64,000 nucleotides of DNA from a virus (IMGVR_UViG_3300048865_000005), one strand, 5' to 3'; shown: positions 25,588-34,930, counted from the stretch's first letter. Notes: a model not told the origin generated them from the letters alone. A program made the numbers and translations.

Positions 25588-26157
25588 TTGAGTAAGACTA
25601 AACAAAAAGAAGCAGTTGAGATTTTCGCAATTATTGACCGTAGTGGCTCTATGCGTCCACTTACAGCAGAAGCTATCGGCGGTTTCAATGCCTTCCTCGC
25701 AGAACAGAAAGCAGTTAAAGGTAAGGCCAATCTTACCCTTGTATTGTTCGACCATGAGTATCTAGTCGTTGAAGACCAGACTGATATTCAAGACGTTAAA
25801 GAGTTGACTCTTGAAACCTACGTACCTCGTGGTATGACTGCGCTGAATGACGCTCTCGGTATGTCTCTAGTTAAGCTAGAAGAGATCAATCCGAAGAAAG
25901 CAATCATCTGTGTACTTACAGACGGTGCAGAAAATTCAAGCAAGGAATTTACCGGACTTCAAGTTAAAGAGTTGATGACGAAAGCAGAAGATAAGGGCTA
26001 TCAGACAGTCTTCCTAGCCGCAAACATCGATGCCAATCTTGTAAGTAAATCTCTCGGTGTAACTCGCGGAGTTGTACAAGGTTTTGGAGCTGATGCGGAC
26101 GGTATGCACACCGCTTACGCCACAATGGGCCTTTGTGCTTCTGCTTATCGGGCTTAA
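25588..26157 (+). CDS. von Willebrand factor A (vWA) domain protein
   Basis: MIDAS motif DRSGSM, then TALNDAL and LTDGAEN. 189 aa. Confidence 0.65.
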   Translation: MSKTKQKEAVEIFAIIDRSGSMRPLTAEAIGGFNAFLAEQKAVKGKANLTLVLFDHEYLVVEDQTDIQDVKELTLETYVPRGMTALNDALGMSLVKLEEINPKKAIICVLTDGAENSSKEFTGLQVKELMTKAEDKGYQTVFLAANIDANLVSKSLGVTRGVVQGFGADADGMHTAYATMGLCASAYRA

Positions 26158-26159
26158 TT

Positions 26160-26336
26160 ATGAAGTACGAAGAAGCTAGAAAAGTACTTCAAAAAGCATG
26201 GGGAGCCTTCTTTGACAGTATAAAAGAGGCAGGTATCGATCACTATGCGGTAGATGATGCAATCGACTGTAAAGACGGTTTCAATCTAGTGGACGATGCT
26301 TTTATGGAAGTTGCACTTTCAAGGAGTGAAGATTAA
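26160..26336 (+). CDS. hypothetical protein
   Basis: ATG at 26160 (the ORF track's 26133 is an alternative). Confidence 0.4.
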   Translation: MKYEEARKVLQKAWGAFFDSIKEAGIDHYAVDDAIDCKDGFNLVDDAFMEVALSRSED

Positions 26337-26644
26337 TGGGAGTAGAGTGTACAGCTTATTTGTGTATCGGGACGTATGCTGAGGATGCAGAGCAATATCT
26401 AATCGAACACGGTCTTCTTCAAGTTGGAGAGCTTGAAGATAAGTATGGCGGTGATATTGAATTAGTAGATCACTTAGAAGTTAAACCTGCTAGTCGTTAC
26501 TCAGATAGCGGTTATTACGTTGGTTTCTTCGTATATAAAGGCGAGGTAAAAGATTTTGCAACAGAAGTAGTCGCCTCAGCAAATATCTTCAAAGCACTTA
26601 CAGGTGAAGAAGCAACAGTAAACTTATTCGAGCATTGGCACTGA
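26336..26644 (+). CDS. hypothetical protein
   Basis: 102-aa ORF. Confidence 0.5.
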   Translation: MGVECTAYLCIGTYAEDAEQYLIEHGLLQVGELEDKYGGDIELVDHLEVKPASRYSDSGYYVGFFVYKGEVKDFATEVVASANIFKALTGEEATVNLFEHWH

Positions 26645-26811
26645 TGAAATATGTATATGTAGTAACTTCAAGAGATTTGGGGTGGGATAATGTTGTAGGT
26701 GTATTTGATGCTTCGACAATTACTCTTGAAGAGTTACAAGCAGTATTCCGTGAACCTCCTTACTATATCGACCATCGCCGCGTAGAAGTTGATTTCGAGA
26801 ATTACGAATGA
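26644..26811 (+). CDS. small hypothetical protein (55 aa)
   Basis: ATG overlapping the previous stop (TGATG). ATGA-coupled to the next gene. Confidence 0.35.
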   Translation: MKYVYVVTSRDLGWDNVVGVFDASTITLEELQAVFREPPYYIDHRRVEVDFENYE

Positions 26812-27044
26812 AGCCTACGGATTACGCTTTCTTCTTAGAAATGGCAAAGAAACATGAGAACGATGGAACAATTCAACACTTCGTTCTCAATACTAATCCA
26901 AACAGTAACTTTGAATCAGTATTAAAAGAAATGGTTGATAGATTGTTAGCCGATAAACGCGGGACTATTCAAGAGAATCAGAAAATGTCTTCAATACTGA
27001 AAAAGCACGGACTATATTATTTAATTTTAGAGGAGGATATTTGA
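26808..27044 (+). CDS. hypothetical protein
   Basis: 78-aa ORF. Confidence 0.5.
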   Translation: MKPTDYAFFLEMAKKHENDGTIQHFVLNTNPNSNFESVLKEMVDRLLADKRGTIQENQKMSSILKKHGLYYLILEEDI

Positions 27045-28033
27045 GTCTAAAAGCAATTGTAGATACCGATTTTATAAAATATGCAGTAGCTTGTGCAGGC
27101 GAAAAAAGATCGATCCAAGTAATCCATAAGCAAAGCGGTAGAGAAAAAGAGTTCAAAACCCGTACAGAGTTTTACGGAAGAGATAAAAAGAAGTCAGGTG
27201 GTTGGTTAGGCGAGCTTAATAAGAATCGAACCTCCCCGTTTATGTTAGACGAATTCGAAATCGTCGATGTACAAACTCCCGAACCTCTAAACAACGTTCT
27301 CCACTCTGCAAAGTTAATGTTTCAGCGAACATTAGAGAAAGTCGGTACAACTAAATATAAAGGCTATATTGGAAAGGGTGATAGCTTCCGGGTAAACCTT
27401 TCCACCATCATTAAATACAAAGGCAATCGTGAAGAGACACTTCGTGCAGTATACATGCAGGAAGTTGAAGACTATCTAATTAAGAAATTTAATTTAGAAA
27501 CAGTAAGAGATTACGAAGCTGACGATGTATGTGTAATGGATTGCTATAAGAATCCTGATAATGTACTTGTCGGAGTAGATAAAGATTACGCTGGGCAACC
27601 GGTAAGGTGGTTTAATCCTAATAATCCTGATGTTGGTATTCAAGATTGCGATTGCTTCGGCAAGTTGTTCTTAAGTGCTAAAGGTCATGTTAAGGGAATT
27701 GGAAGAGCTTTCCTCTACCATCAGATAGGTAGCGGAGACTCTAGCGATAATTATAAAGCCAACTCTGCCAGTGAGCGTGCATGGGGAGATAAGAGTTCAT
27801 TCGATATTCTTAGCCAAGCCACAAACGATAAGGAAGCTCTAGAGGGGTTGGTTCGAATCTACAAGGAAGAACTCTACCCTGAACCCGTAATGATTAAGGG
27901 TTGGCGTGGTGACGAGTTCGAAGTCGATTGGCTGTACGTTCTCGAAGAAAACTTTCAAATGGCACGCATGAAGCGATTTGAAGGCGATGATGTGTACATT
28001 AAAGAAGTTCTGCAAAGGTTCGGTCTCTTATGA
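27041..28033 (+). CDS. 5'-3' exonuclease / flap endonuclease (FEN, RNase H-like)
   Basis: N-terminal AIVDTDFIKYAVA (compare LLVDGSSLAFRA). YEADDV (GYEADDVIA motif). VLVGVDKDYAG (TxDKD motif). Confidence 0.65.
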   Translation: MSLKAIVDTDFIKYAVACAGEKRSIQVIHKQSGREKEFKTRTEFYGRDKKKSGGWLGELNKNRTSPFMLDEFEIVDVQTPEPLNNVLHSAKLMFQRTLEKVGTTKYKGYIGKGDSFRVNLSTIIKYKGNREETLRAVYMQEVEDYLIKKFNLETVRDYEADDVCVMDCYKNPDNVLVGVDKDYAGQPVRWFNPNNPDVGIQDCDCFGKLFLSAKGHVKGIGRAFLYHQIGSGDSSDNYKANSASERAWGDKSSFDILSQATNDKEALEGLVRIYKEELYPEPVMIKGWRGDEFEVDWLYVLEENFQMARMKRFEGDDVYIKEVLQRFGLL

Positions 28034-28611
28034 TTCCGAGCCAAGCAGATATTGAGAAACGGCAAGCCAATCTCGCTAAGTTTCTGAAGCAAATCGATCC
28101 AGTCACAGGCAAAGCCCCTGAAAAGACAATGGTACAGGTTGTACGCAGTGCCATACGTCAAGCATGGATGAAGAGTCCGACAAAGTTAGCGTATCTGTAT
28201 CAACACACAGAGGCAGATATGGATAACAACACACGTACTAAATGGAAAGTACGGTGTGAGATTTGCGGTGAACATTTCAAAGTAAATGAAGTTGAGATTG
28301 ACCACATCAGAGGCAATCACTCATTCACGCGTGTTGAAGATTTTGAAGATTATTTTAACAACATTTTGATGGTTGGTTTTGATGATCTTCAGGTTCTATG
28401 TAAAGACGGTTGCCATGCAATCAAAACATTATCTGAACGTCTTGGTATTACTTTCGAAGAGGCAAAAGTGGAGAAGGAAGTAATCGAAATATGTAAGACG
28501 AAGAAAGATAAAGACTTCATTAAAAAGAATGGCCTAATTCCTGAATCGAATGCAGATAAGAGGAGGGCACAAGTAAGGAGAATACTTAGTGACAGTACGG
28601 AGAAAAAGTAA
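28030..28611 (+). CDS. HNH endonuclease (homing-endonuclease-like)
   Basis: CEICGEHF...EIDHIRGNH...DGCHAIK matches the HNH CxxC/DH/N/CxxCH arrangement. Confidence 0.6.
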   Translation: MIPSQADIEKRQANLAKFLKQIDPVTGKAPEKTMVQVVRSAIRQAWMKSPTKLAYLYQHTEADMDNNTRTKWKVRCEICGEHFKVNEVEIDHIRGNHSFTRVEDFEDYFNNILMVGFDDLQVLCKDGCHAIKTLSERLGITFEEAKVEKEVIEICKTKKDKDFIKKNGLIPESNADKRRAQVRRILSDSTEKK

Positions 28612-29221
28612 ATTAATTTTTGGCGTTGGAATTAATGATGCTGATTATGTAGTTGCAACGAATGTACAAATTGATGGAAAGCATAAGAGATTACGGATTT
28701 GTCCTTTCTACGCTAGATGGAAGAAAATGCTTGAGCGGTGCTACTCAGGAAGTTGGCACACACTCAAACCAACGTACAAAGATTGTTACGTTTGTGAAGA
28801 GTGGAAAACTTTCTCAAACTTTAAATCTTGGATGGAGAAGCAAGATTGGGAAGGTAAGCAGTTAGATAAAGACATACTCTTCCGTAACAATAAAGAATAT
28901 TCGCCGCTGACGTGTGTTTTTGTTGACTCTCATGTAAATAGCTTCCTGATTGAAAGAGACAGTAAGCGTGGTGAATACATGATTGGCGTCCACTGGCATA
29001 AGCGAGACAAAAGGTTTACTTCCGCTTGTGGTGATGGTCTAGGTAAGACAACTTATCTAGGTAATTTCAATACAGAACTTGAAGCTCATCTTGCTTGGCT
29101 TTCATATAAATTAGAACGAGCTAAAGAATTAGCAGCAAAACAAACTGATTCACGAGTCGCAAAAGCACTTATTGATCGTTACCAAAATTATCATGTATTT
29201 CAAGAAGCAGAGGCAGCATGA
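28589..29221 (+). CDS. HNH-family / AP2-domain endonuclease-like protein
   Basis: N-terminal RICPFYARWKKMLERCYS...DCYVCEEWKTFSNFKSWM (HNH_3-like). C-terminal YIGVHWHKRDKRFTSACGDGLGKTTYLGNFNTELEAHLAW (AP2-like). Confidence 0.55.
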   Translation: MTVRRKSKLIFGVGINDADYVVATNVQIDGKHKRLRICPFYARWKKMLERCYSGSWHTLKPTYKDCYVCEEWKTFSNFKSWMEKQDWEGKQLDKDILFRNNKEYSPLTCVFVDSHVNSFLIERDSKRGEYMIGVHWHKRDKRFTSACGDGLGKTTYLGNFNTELEAHLAWLSYKLERAKELAAKQTDSRVAKALIDRYQNYHVFQEAEAA

Positions 29222-29577
29222 GTAAAGATAAGAAGTATTCTCTATATATTATCCGCCACAAGACTACTGGTGAGGTTTTCCGGGCACCTTCAGGAAAAAC
29301 AAGTTGGCGAGCAGCTAACCATGCTAAAGCTGCATTTGCACGTATTCACCGTTGGCAGTGTGAGTCGTATGGACTCCCCCTAATTGCAGAACGTATTTCG
29401 CCACGAGCACCTAAGTTCGATGAACAAGATGTTTACGAATTAGTAGAGCTTGTCGGTACTGCCGAAGATCGACTGAAGCAGGCTGAAGACCTTTTGGAAC
29501 ATGTGTATGCACTGAAGCCAGACCTGCCCACTGAACTAGCGAGACTTATTAAGGAGTTTTTAAAAATTGAAGAATAA
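29218..29577 (+). CDS. hypothetical protein
   Basis: 119-aa ORF. Confidence 0.5.
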   Translation: MSKDKKYSLYIIRHKTTGEVFRAPSGKTSWRAANHAKAAFARIHRWQCESYGLPLIAERISPRAPKFDEQDVYELVELVGTAEDRLKQAEDLLEHVYALKPDLPTELARLIKEFLKIEE

Positions 29578-29691
29578 AGTAATGGAGTGTCTATTTGAAC
29601 TCTACAAAGAAGGCTTTTTTCTCTTGTGTGAGAAGTGTGTAGAGCTACAAGTGTTCTGGTATGTATTCGTAAATCAATTAGGGTTGAATTA

Positions 29692-29886
29692 ATGTCCGCT
29701 CAAATAATTAGCCTTTTTAGTACTGTCGAATCTCAGTGGAATCCTGAAGAGCATATCGAGATGTTGCAACGCCTACAGAGCGATTTTCACAAACTATCAG
29801 TAATTCAGAAACAACAAGTTTTCGACAATGTTTCAAATTCCTTGATTCAAATATTTTCTAAAGTTAAACTTACAAAGGAGAGTTAA
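29692..29886 (+). CDS. hypothetical protein
   Basis: ATG at 29692 (the ORF track's 29635 is an alternative). Confidence 0.4.
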   Translation: MSAQIISLFSTVESQWNPEEHIEMLQRLQSDFHKLSVIQKQQVFDNVSNSLIQIFSKVKLTKES

Positions 29887-30818
29887 TGCAAATTAAGCAA
29901 TGGCATAAGTACGCAGATGAGCTAAAAGCCAAAGGATACCCAAGCCGTAAAATCTCTAAGATGATCGGTAAAAGCAAATCAGCAATTAACGATTATTTCG
30001 CAAAAAAGAAAGCAACTAATTTTGGTAGCCTGCCGATTAACGCAGATGTTAACGGTCCTAAAATTCTCTTTATTGATATCGAATTAAAACCAATTCTTGC
30101 CCAAGTGTGGCAACTTTGGGATAACAATGTAGGACTTCCGCAGATACAAGAAGATTGGAGTATTCTTTCTTTCTGTGCTAAGTGGGGACACTCAGAAGAG
30201 ATTATTTATCATGACCTCTCTGAAGCTGAAGATTTCGAAGATGACTATGAGCTTCTAGAAATTTTGTGGGACTTACTTAACGAAGCAGATTTTGTAGTAG
30301 GTCAGAACTCTAAACGTTTCGATGTTAAGAAGATCAATGCACGGTTGATCCTGAACGGGTTCCCTAAGCCGTCTTCTTTCCGCCAGATTGATACATTTGA
30401 GATAGCAAAACGCCAGTTCGGATTTACAAGCAACAAACTCCAATACATGACAGAGAAGCTATGCAAGATGTACAAGAAACGTACACATCAGCAATTCCCC
30501 GGTCATTTGTTGTGGTCGGAATGTCTGAAGGGTAATCCTGAAGCTTGGAAAGAGATGCGTGACTATAACATCGATGACGTTCGGTCTCTCGAAGAGTTGT
30601 ACGGAATTTTGGCGTCATGGGATAATACCCTACCGAATTTTGACGTTTATATAGACGCTGTACCTGATATGTCTGAGTGGATCGAAGATGGATTCGTGTA
30701 TACAAACCTTGGAAAGTTCCAGCGTTACAGGAACTTGCGAACAGGTGTACAGCGGAAGGGGAGAACAAACCTCCTTTCGAAAGAAAAAAGAACATCTTTG
30801 CTTGCAAACATTACTTAA
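29886..30818 (+). CDS. DEDD-family 3'-5' exonuclease-like protein with N-terminal HTH
   Basis: ILFIDIE (Exo I DxE). GQNSKRFDV (Exo II). YNIDDV (Exo III Y..D). N-terminal KISKMIGKSKSAINDY. Confidence 0.45.
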   Translation: MQIKQWHKYADELKAKGYPSRKISKMIGKSKSAINDYFAKKKATNFGSLPINADVNGPKILFIDIELKPILAQVWQLWDNNVGLPQIQEDWSILSFCAKWGHSEEIIYHDLSEAEDFEDDYELLEILWDLLNEADFVVGQNSKRFDVKKINARLILNGFPKPSSFRQIDTFEIAKRQFGFTSNKLQYMTEKLCKMYKKRTHQQFPGHLLWSECLKGNPEAWKEMRDYNIDDVRSLEELYGILASWDNTLPNFDVYIDAVPDMSEWIEDGFVYTNLGKFQRYRNLRTGVQRKGRTNLLSKEKRTSLLANIT

Positions 30819-30910
30819 CCCTGTATACTTCACCACAAGCACTGCTGATTCAAATTCATTTCCGTGGCTGGTCTTGATGATGACGCAGTGCTAGTTTTTG
30901 CCTAAAGAAA

Positions 30911-30938
30911 AATAAGGACTTTTTTGAAACAATTTAAT
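30911..30938 (+). promoter_or_regulatory. conserved middle-block motif copy 4 (AAGGAC-TTTTTTGAAACAATTT)
   Basis: Variant upstream half. An ORF start (TTG 30924) lies inside the motif. Confidence 0.45.
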
Positions 30939-31184
30939 CCGAGAGATTATGTCATTATTATAGACGATGTTGGGAGTTTTCAGGGTGTACCTGTTGAGCC
31001 TCTACCTGTGACTGGTAGGGCTAGAATCTTCTCCGCTGAATACGGCATAGAAAATATGTTGGACTTGGAAGAAGATTTACATGAAGCCTTTGGCAAATAT
31101 CATAATATTTTACCTAGAGATAAGAATGGCTTTGTTCGCGGAAGCATCAAGGTCGAAGTTACTTGGACGGATAGTACTGCCTAA
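30924..31184 (+). CDS. hypothetical protein (start uncertain)
   Basis: 86-aa ORF whose only in-frame start is TTG inside the conserved motif. Confidence 0.35.
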   Translation: MKQFNPRDYVIIIDDVGSFQGVPVEPLPVTGRARIFSAEYGIENMLDLEEDLHEAFGKYHNILPRDKNGFVRGSIKVEVTWTDSTA

Positions 31185-31257
31185 GTAGCAACCAAACATT
31201 AAATAGCATAGCTATGTATCCTCAGATTAAGAGGGAGGAATAACTGTGCCTGATAGA

Positions 31258-31285
31258 AAAAACTCAACAATTTTGAAACATTTTA
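31258..31285 (+). promoter_or_regulatory. conserved middle-block motif copy 5 (CTCAAC-AATTTTGAAACATTTT)
   Basis: Followed by AAGGAG and GTG at 31301. Confidence 0.5.
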
Positions 31286-31300
31286 AAGGAGATATACAAA

Positions 31301-31837
31301 GTGGCACTTGAATATAAAGTTGGCGATACAGTGAAGATTAAAAATACGGTAGGTGTTATCGATCTTCGACTAGGTGAAGTTTGTGTGGTAGATGCGGTAG
31401 ACACCTCTGATTCAACGTACTTCCCCTACCGTCTAGTTTCATTTACTCGAAACGCTGCTGAGTGGGTTCCAATTTCGAGTATCGGCCCTGTAGAGGATTC
31501 CGCTGTCCCTGCAAAGTTTACGTTTGCTATACCACATACAGACGTAGAGAGTGAAGCAAGCATTGAAGCAAGTGCTTCAGAGGTTGACTATGTAAATGCT
31601 CCGCCTCATTACATGTTGATTGAAGACTTCGAAGTAAAAGACCTTATGAAGCTTCTGTTGGATCGAATTGAAACGAGTAGTGTTGTTCACTTCTCCCACT
31701 TCCAAAGCTCTTGCTACAAGGAAGCAGTTCAATATCTGGTTCGCTGCATGAATAAGAACGGTATCGAAGATATCCGTAAGGCACAGTATTACATCAACGA
31801 AGTGTTGAAGCTTGAGGATTCAAAAGTTGGGGCCTAA
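31301..31837 (+). CDS. hypothetical protein (178 aa) containing iteron-encoded SIEASAS
   Basis: GTG start with AAGGAG RBS. Internal DNA palindrome-like ATTGAAGCAAGTGCTTCAG at 31562-31580. Confidence 0.55.
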   Translation: MALEYKVGDTVKIKNTVGVIDLRLGEVCVVDAVDTSDSTYFPYRLVSFTRNAAEWVPISSIGPVEDSAVPAKFTFAIPHTDVESEASIEASASEVDYVNAPPHYMLIEDFEVKDLMKLLLDRIETSSVVHFSHFQSSCYKEAVQYLVRCMNKNGIEDIRKAQYYINEVLKLEDSKVGA

Positions 31838-32393
31838 GCGTTTAATTGGAGTAGACGTAGATATCACTCTAGTTTCTAGTGAGTTGGGCTGGTTAGATTG
31901 GTTAAACAGTCAAGATTCAGCGTATACGTGTGATCTGGAAGGATGGAAGCTAATAAAGAATGGAGTTCTTCCTTACAATCTAGGTGCTCTTTATCCAGAC
32001 CTAGAAGACACACTGCAATATTGGCGTGAACTAGATTACTCACAGTTTCAACCACATGCAGGAAGTGTAGAGGCTCTGAAAGAACTTTCTGAATACTTCG
32101 GTATTGTATTCATTAGCAGTGTTAAGGGTAATCACAATAAATCGAAGTACTATTGGCTAAAAGAACACTTTCCGTTTATGGAAGGCTACATTGCTACTAA
32201 AGAGAAGTACCTAATGGCTAACTCTCTCGTTGCAATGATAGATGACCGCAACGAACAGCTAGCAGGTTTCAACATGCTACAGCGCGTACTGTTCGAGAGC
32301 CATTATGACCAAAATGTTGAATGCTTTTCACCATTTAAAATTAAAAGCTGGGAAGACTTCTCAGTTAAAAAGTTTTGCCGAAAATACTTATAA
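31812..32393 (+). CDS. HAD-superfamily hydrolase (putative deoxyribonucleotidase)
   Basis: HAD motif I IGVDVDITL (DxDxT). Motif IV MIDDRNE. Confidence 0.5.
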   Translation: MRIQKLGPKRLIGVDVDITLVSSELGWLDWLNSQDSAYTCDLEGWKLIKNGVLPYNLGALYPDLEDTLQYWRELDYSQFQPHAGSVEALKELSEYFGIVFISSVKGNHNKSKYYWLKEHFPFMEGYIATKEKYLMANSLVAMIDDRNEQLAGFNMLQRVLFESHYDQNVECFSPFKIKSWEDFSVKKFCRKYL

Positions 32394-32401
32394 GGAGATA
32401 T

Positions 32402-32764
32402 ATGACAATTAGATTTGAACACATGGTTGCAGCACTGGCTAAAGACGGCCAAGCAATCTTGAATGAACTGACGCCTGATAAGGCACATGCTCTACACATG
32501 GCTGTAGGCGTAAGCGGTGAAGCAGGAGAGCTTCTAGACGCTGTTAAGAAATCCGTAATCTACAACAAACCACTAGACCGTGAGAACGTTGTCGAAGAGC
32601 TGGGAGACCTTGAGTTCTATATGCAGGGTTTGCGACAAGGCTACGGCATTACTCGTGAAGAGACGATTACAGCAAACATTTTGAAGCTAGGTAAGCGTTA
32701 CTCTTCTGGTACGTATAGCAACCAGCAAGCACAAGAACGTGCAGATAAGTTTGATGTTGTTTAA
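32402..32764 (+). CDS. MazG-like nucleoside triphosphate pyrophosphohydrolase
   Basis: ATG at 32402 with AAGGAG RBS. EELGDLEFY motif (EExxE/D metal-binding helix). Confidence 0.6.
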   Translation: MTIRFEHMVAALAKDGQAILNELTPDKAHALHMAVGVSGEAGELLDAVKKSVIYNKPLDRENVVEELGDLEFYMQGLRQGYGITREETITANILKLGKRYSSGTYSNQQAQERADKFDVV

Positions 32765-32914
32765 ATCATTATGGTTTACAACACATATCATGAAGCTCTA
32801 GCAAAGAAAGAAGAGTTAGAGCGAATAGAAGATAATGAATACTACGTGTGGGAGTTCTATTTATTGGGAGTTCCTTTCTACGAAGTTTGTGTCGTTATTA
32901 TTTAAAGGAGATAC

Positions 32915-33184
32915 ATGCTTTATTTCAAATCCGAAGATCATTACAAAGAATGGTGTAAGAACAATGATTATTCCGCCGAAGAAGAGTTTGATCTAGAAAA
33001 AATTCCTGAGAAAAGAGAAGTTTTCATGGAGTTCTGTATTTATAACTCCAAGATCGACCGTTATGCCCGTGTAGGGTGTACCTATACATATGATTGGGGA
33101 CGAGATAACTACTACGTAGTTGCAGAAGGTTTGAAGCGTATAGAGAAGCAAGTAACTGTTGTTGACTATGTGAGGGCAATTTAA
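32915..33184 (+). CDS. hypothetical protein
   Basis: 89-aa ORF. Confidence 0.5.
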   Translation: MLYFKSEDHYKEWCKNNDYSAEEEFDLEKIPEKREVFMEFCIYNSKIDRYARVGCTYTYDWGRDNYYVVAEGLKRIEKQVTVVDYVRAI

Positions 33185-33185
33185 G

Positions 33186-33407
33186 GTGGAAATTAAACTA
33201 ATTAGCGCTGTATGGTGCAGCGGTTGCAAACAACTTAAGGAAATGTTTGATAGTCGCGGCATTAAGTACGAGGTGATTGACTTTGATACTGACGAAGGCT
33301 TCAAGCTTGCAAGTGAACTTAATGTCCGTTCATTACCTACTGCCGTTGTAAATGGTGAAGTTGCTACAGGTGTTTTGGATATTCTACGTCTGGTTAAGGT
33401 TCAATAA
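33186..33407 (+). CDS. glutaredoxin/NrdH-like redoxin
   Basis: 73 aa. CxxC active site (WCSGCKQ). Thioredoxin-fold pattern (SLPTAVVNGE). Confidence 0.65.
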   Translation: MEIKLISAVWCSGCKQLKEMFDSRGIKYEVIDFDTDEGFKLASELNVRSLPTAVVNGEVATGVLDILRLVKVQ

Positions 33408-33596
33408 ATGGGAGAGCTTGGGGCGGTTATATTTATAACTCTGGCTATTGTATTTGGCATGGTCAGTTGTGAAAGAGAACGCACTAAAGAGGCTTATATA
33501 GAAATGGTTAAACACTGCCAAGAAGTTAAAGGTCAATTCTATTCTGAGAGCGGCAGTGGCGGTATTAAATTTGGTTGTATCGGAGGGAAAGATTGA
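33408..33596 (+). CDS. small membrane protein
   Basis: 62-aa ORF with hydrophobic N-terminus AVIFITLAIVFGMV. Confidence 0.4.
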   Translation: MGELGAVIFITLAIVFGMVSCERERTKEAYIEMVKHCQEVKGQFYSESGSGGIKFGCIGGKD

Positions 33597-34540
33597 TTTC
33601 AGCGGTAATTATTGCACATAGCATTTGTGCACTCAGTGGTAAACAGATTGTAACATTCGAATTAGAATATCCTCGCTTAATCCATTCTGAATTGATGACA
33701 CATCGCCTCTTCAGCCGTAACGCTGCAAGTAGTCGAGCTATTCCTATCTCTAAAGTTATTGAGATGGTTCGTAACGATCCTGCGATGCCTGTGCATTGGG
33801 GAAAGAATCAGCCGGGAATGCAGGCCAATGAAGAGCTGGACGACTCCGCAAAAAGTGCGGTTATTGGGGAGTGGTGTTCCGCAGCTTTAAATGCCTGCGA
33901 TAGTGCTGAATTCATGATGAATGAAGGAGCACATAAACAGGTTGCTAATCGTCTCCTAGAGCCGTTCCAGAGGATGAAGACAGTTCTTACCTTCACAGAA
34001 GGAGATAACTGGTTCTGGCTACGTAGACATACAGATGCAGACCCCACCATTAAAGCGTTAGCTGATGCTATGTGGGAGCAGCTTAAGCGGAGTGTTCCAG
34101 ACCTTCTATATCCGGGCCAATGGCATATGCCGTATGTGTCTACAGATTGGGACGACGAAGGCAACTTTGAATACTGGCTAGACGATGAACAATTGACGCT
34201 AGAACAAGCGTTGATGGTTAGTTCTAGTTGCTGTGCTCAAGTCAGCTACAGGCGTTTGGATGGGAGCCTAGAAAAGGCCGAGATTGTTTATAAGCGACTT
34301 GTCGAGAGTGAGCCTGTACATGCAAGCCCGTTCGAGCATCAAGCAACGCCCATGCGACATATTAGAGCAACAACAAAGATGGGTAAGTTCTCTGACTCTG
34401 TAATCGATGTTGGTATTGTTTTCGAAGATGGAGCTACGCATTTAGATAAGCATGGTTTCTACTGGTCAGGGAATTTCAAAGGATGGATACAGCACCGTCA
34501 ATTGATTAATAAAAATACGTGCTGGGATTACGAGGAGTAA
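33593..34540 (+). CDS. thyX: flavin-dependent thymidylate synthase ThyX
   Basis: ThyX signature THRLFSRNAASSRA (RHR-x7-S). Start probably TTG at 33593 with GGAGG RBS (ORF track gives 33575). Confidence 0.75.
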   Translation: MISAVIIAHSICALSGKQIVTFELEYPRLIHSELMTHRLFSRNAASSRAIPISKVIEMVRNDPAMPVHWGKNQPGMQANEELDDSAKSAVIGEWCSAALNACDSAEFMMNEGAHKQVANRLLEPFQRMKTVLTFTEGDNWFWLRRHTDADPTIKALADAMWEQLKRSVPDLLYPGQWHMPYVSTDWDDEGNFEYWLDDEQLTLEQALMVSSSCCAQVSYRRLDGSLEKAEIVYKRLVESEPVHASPFEHQATPMRHIRATTKMGKFSDSVIDVGIVFEDGATHLDKHGFYWSGNFKGWIQHRQLINKNTCWDYEE

Positions 34541-34546
34541 ATAATA

Positions 34547-34930
34547 ATGGATAAGGCAATTAGCTTTTATACACTAATGCAATACCCGCCTTTTAAGGAG
34601 GCGGTAGAGAAAGAAGATACAGAAACATTTAATAAGATTATTCATGCATCAGGTATCGATACAGACCTACCTTTCGAAATAGTTGTATGCACTCATCGAC
34701 CTAATGCAGAGAAGCCTTTCACGTGGAATGGCCCACGTGTTGAAGGTATTGAACGTACCGATGAAGTCTGGATGAAGAGTAGTAACTGTTCCTTTGAAAA
34801 CAAAGTAGAGCAATCCGACGATAAGTCACTACGTGTAGAACTTAAGGTAATGAGTCGTGAAGGAAACTTTACAGGAAATATTATCGATCACATGAAGCGT
34901 CACCGAAAAGTATTAGCAAAAGGTTTTTAA
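34547..34930 (+). CDS. hypothetical protein
   Basis: 127-aa ORF between thyX and the RNR genes. Does not look like NrdI. Confidence 0.5.
   Translation: MDKAISFYTLMQYPPFKEAVEKEDTETFNKIIHASGIDTDLPFEIVVCTHRPNAEKPFTWNGPRVEGIERTDEVWMKSSNCSFENKVEQSDDKSLRVELKVMSREGNFTGNIIDHMKRHRKVLAKGF

Noticed and set aside
27840-27870. tRNA-like T-loop sequence GGTTCGAATC
   Set aside because: Lies inside the FEN exonuclease CDS. No acceptor-stem complementarity or anticodon arm nearby. No convincing tRNA anywhere in the window by eye.
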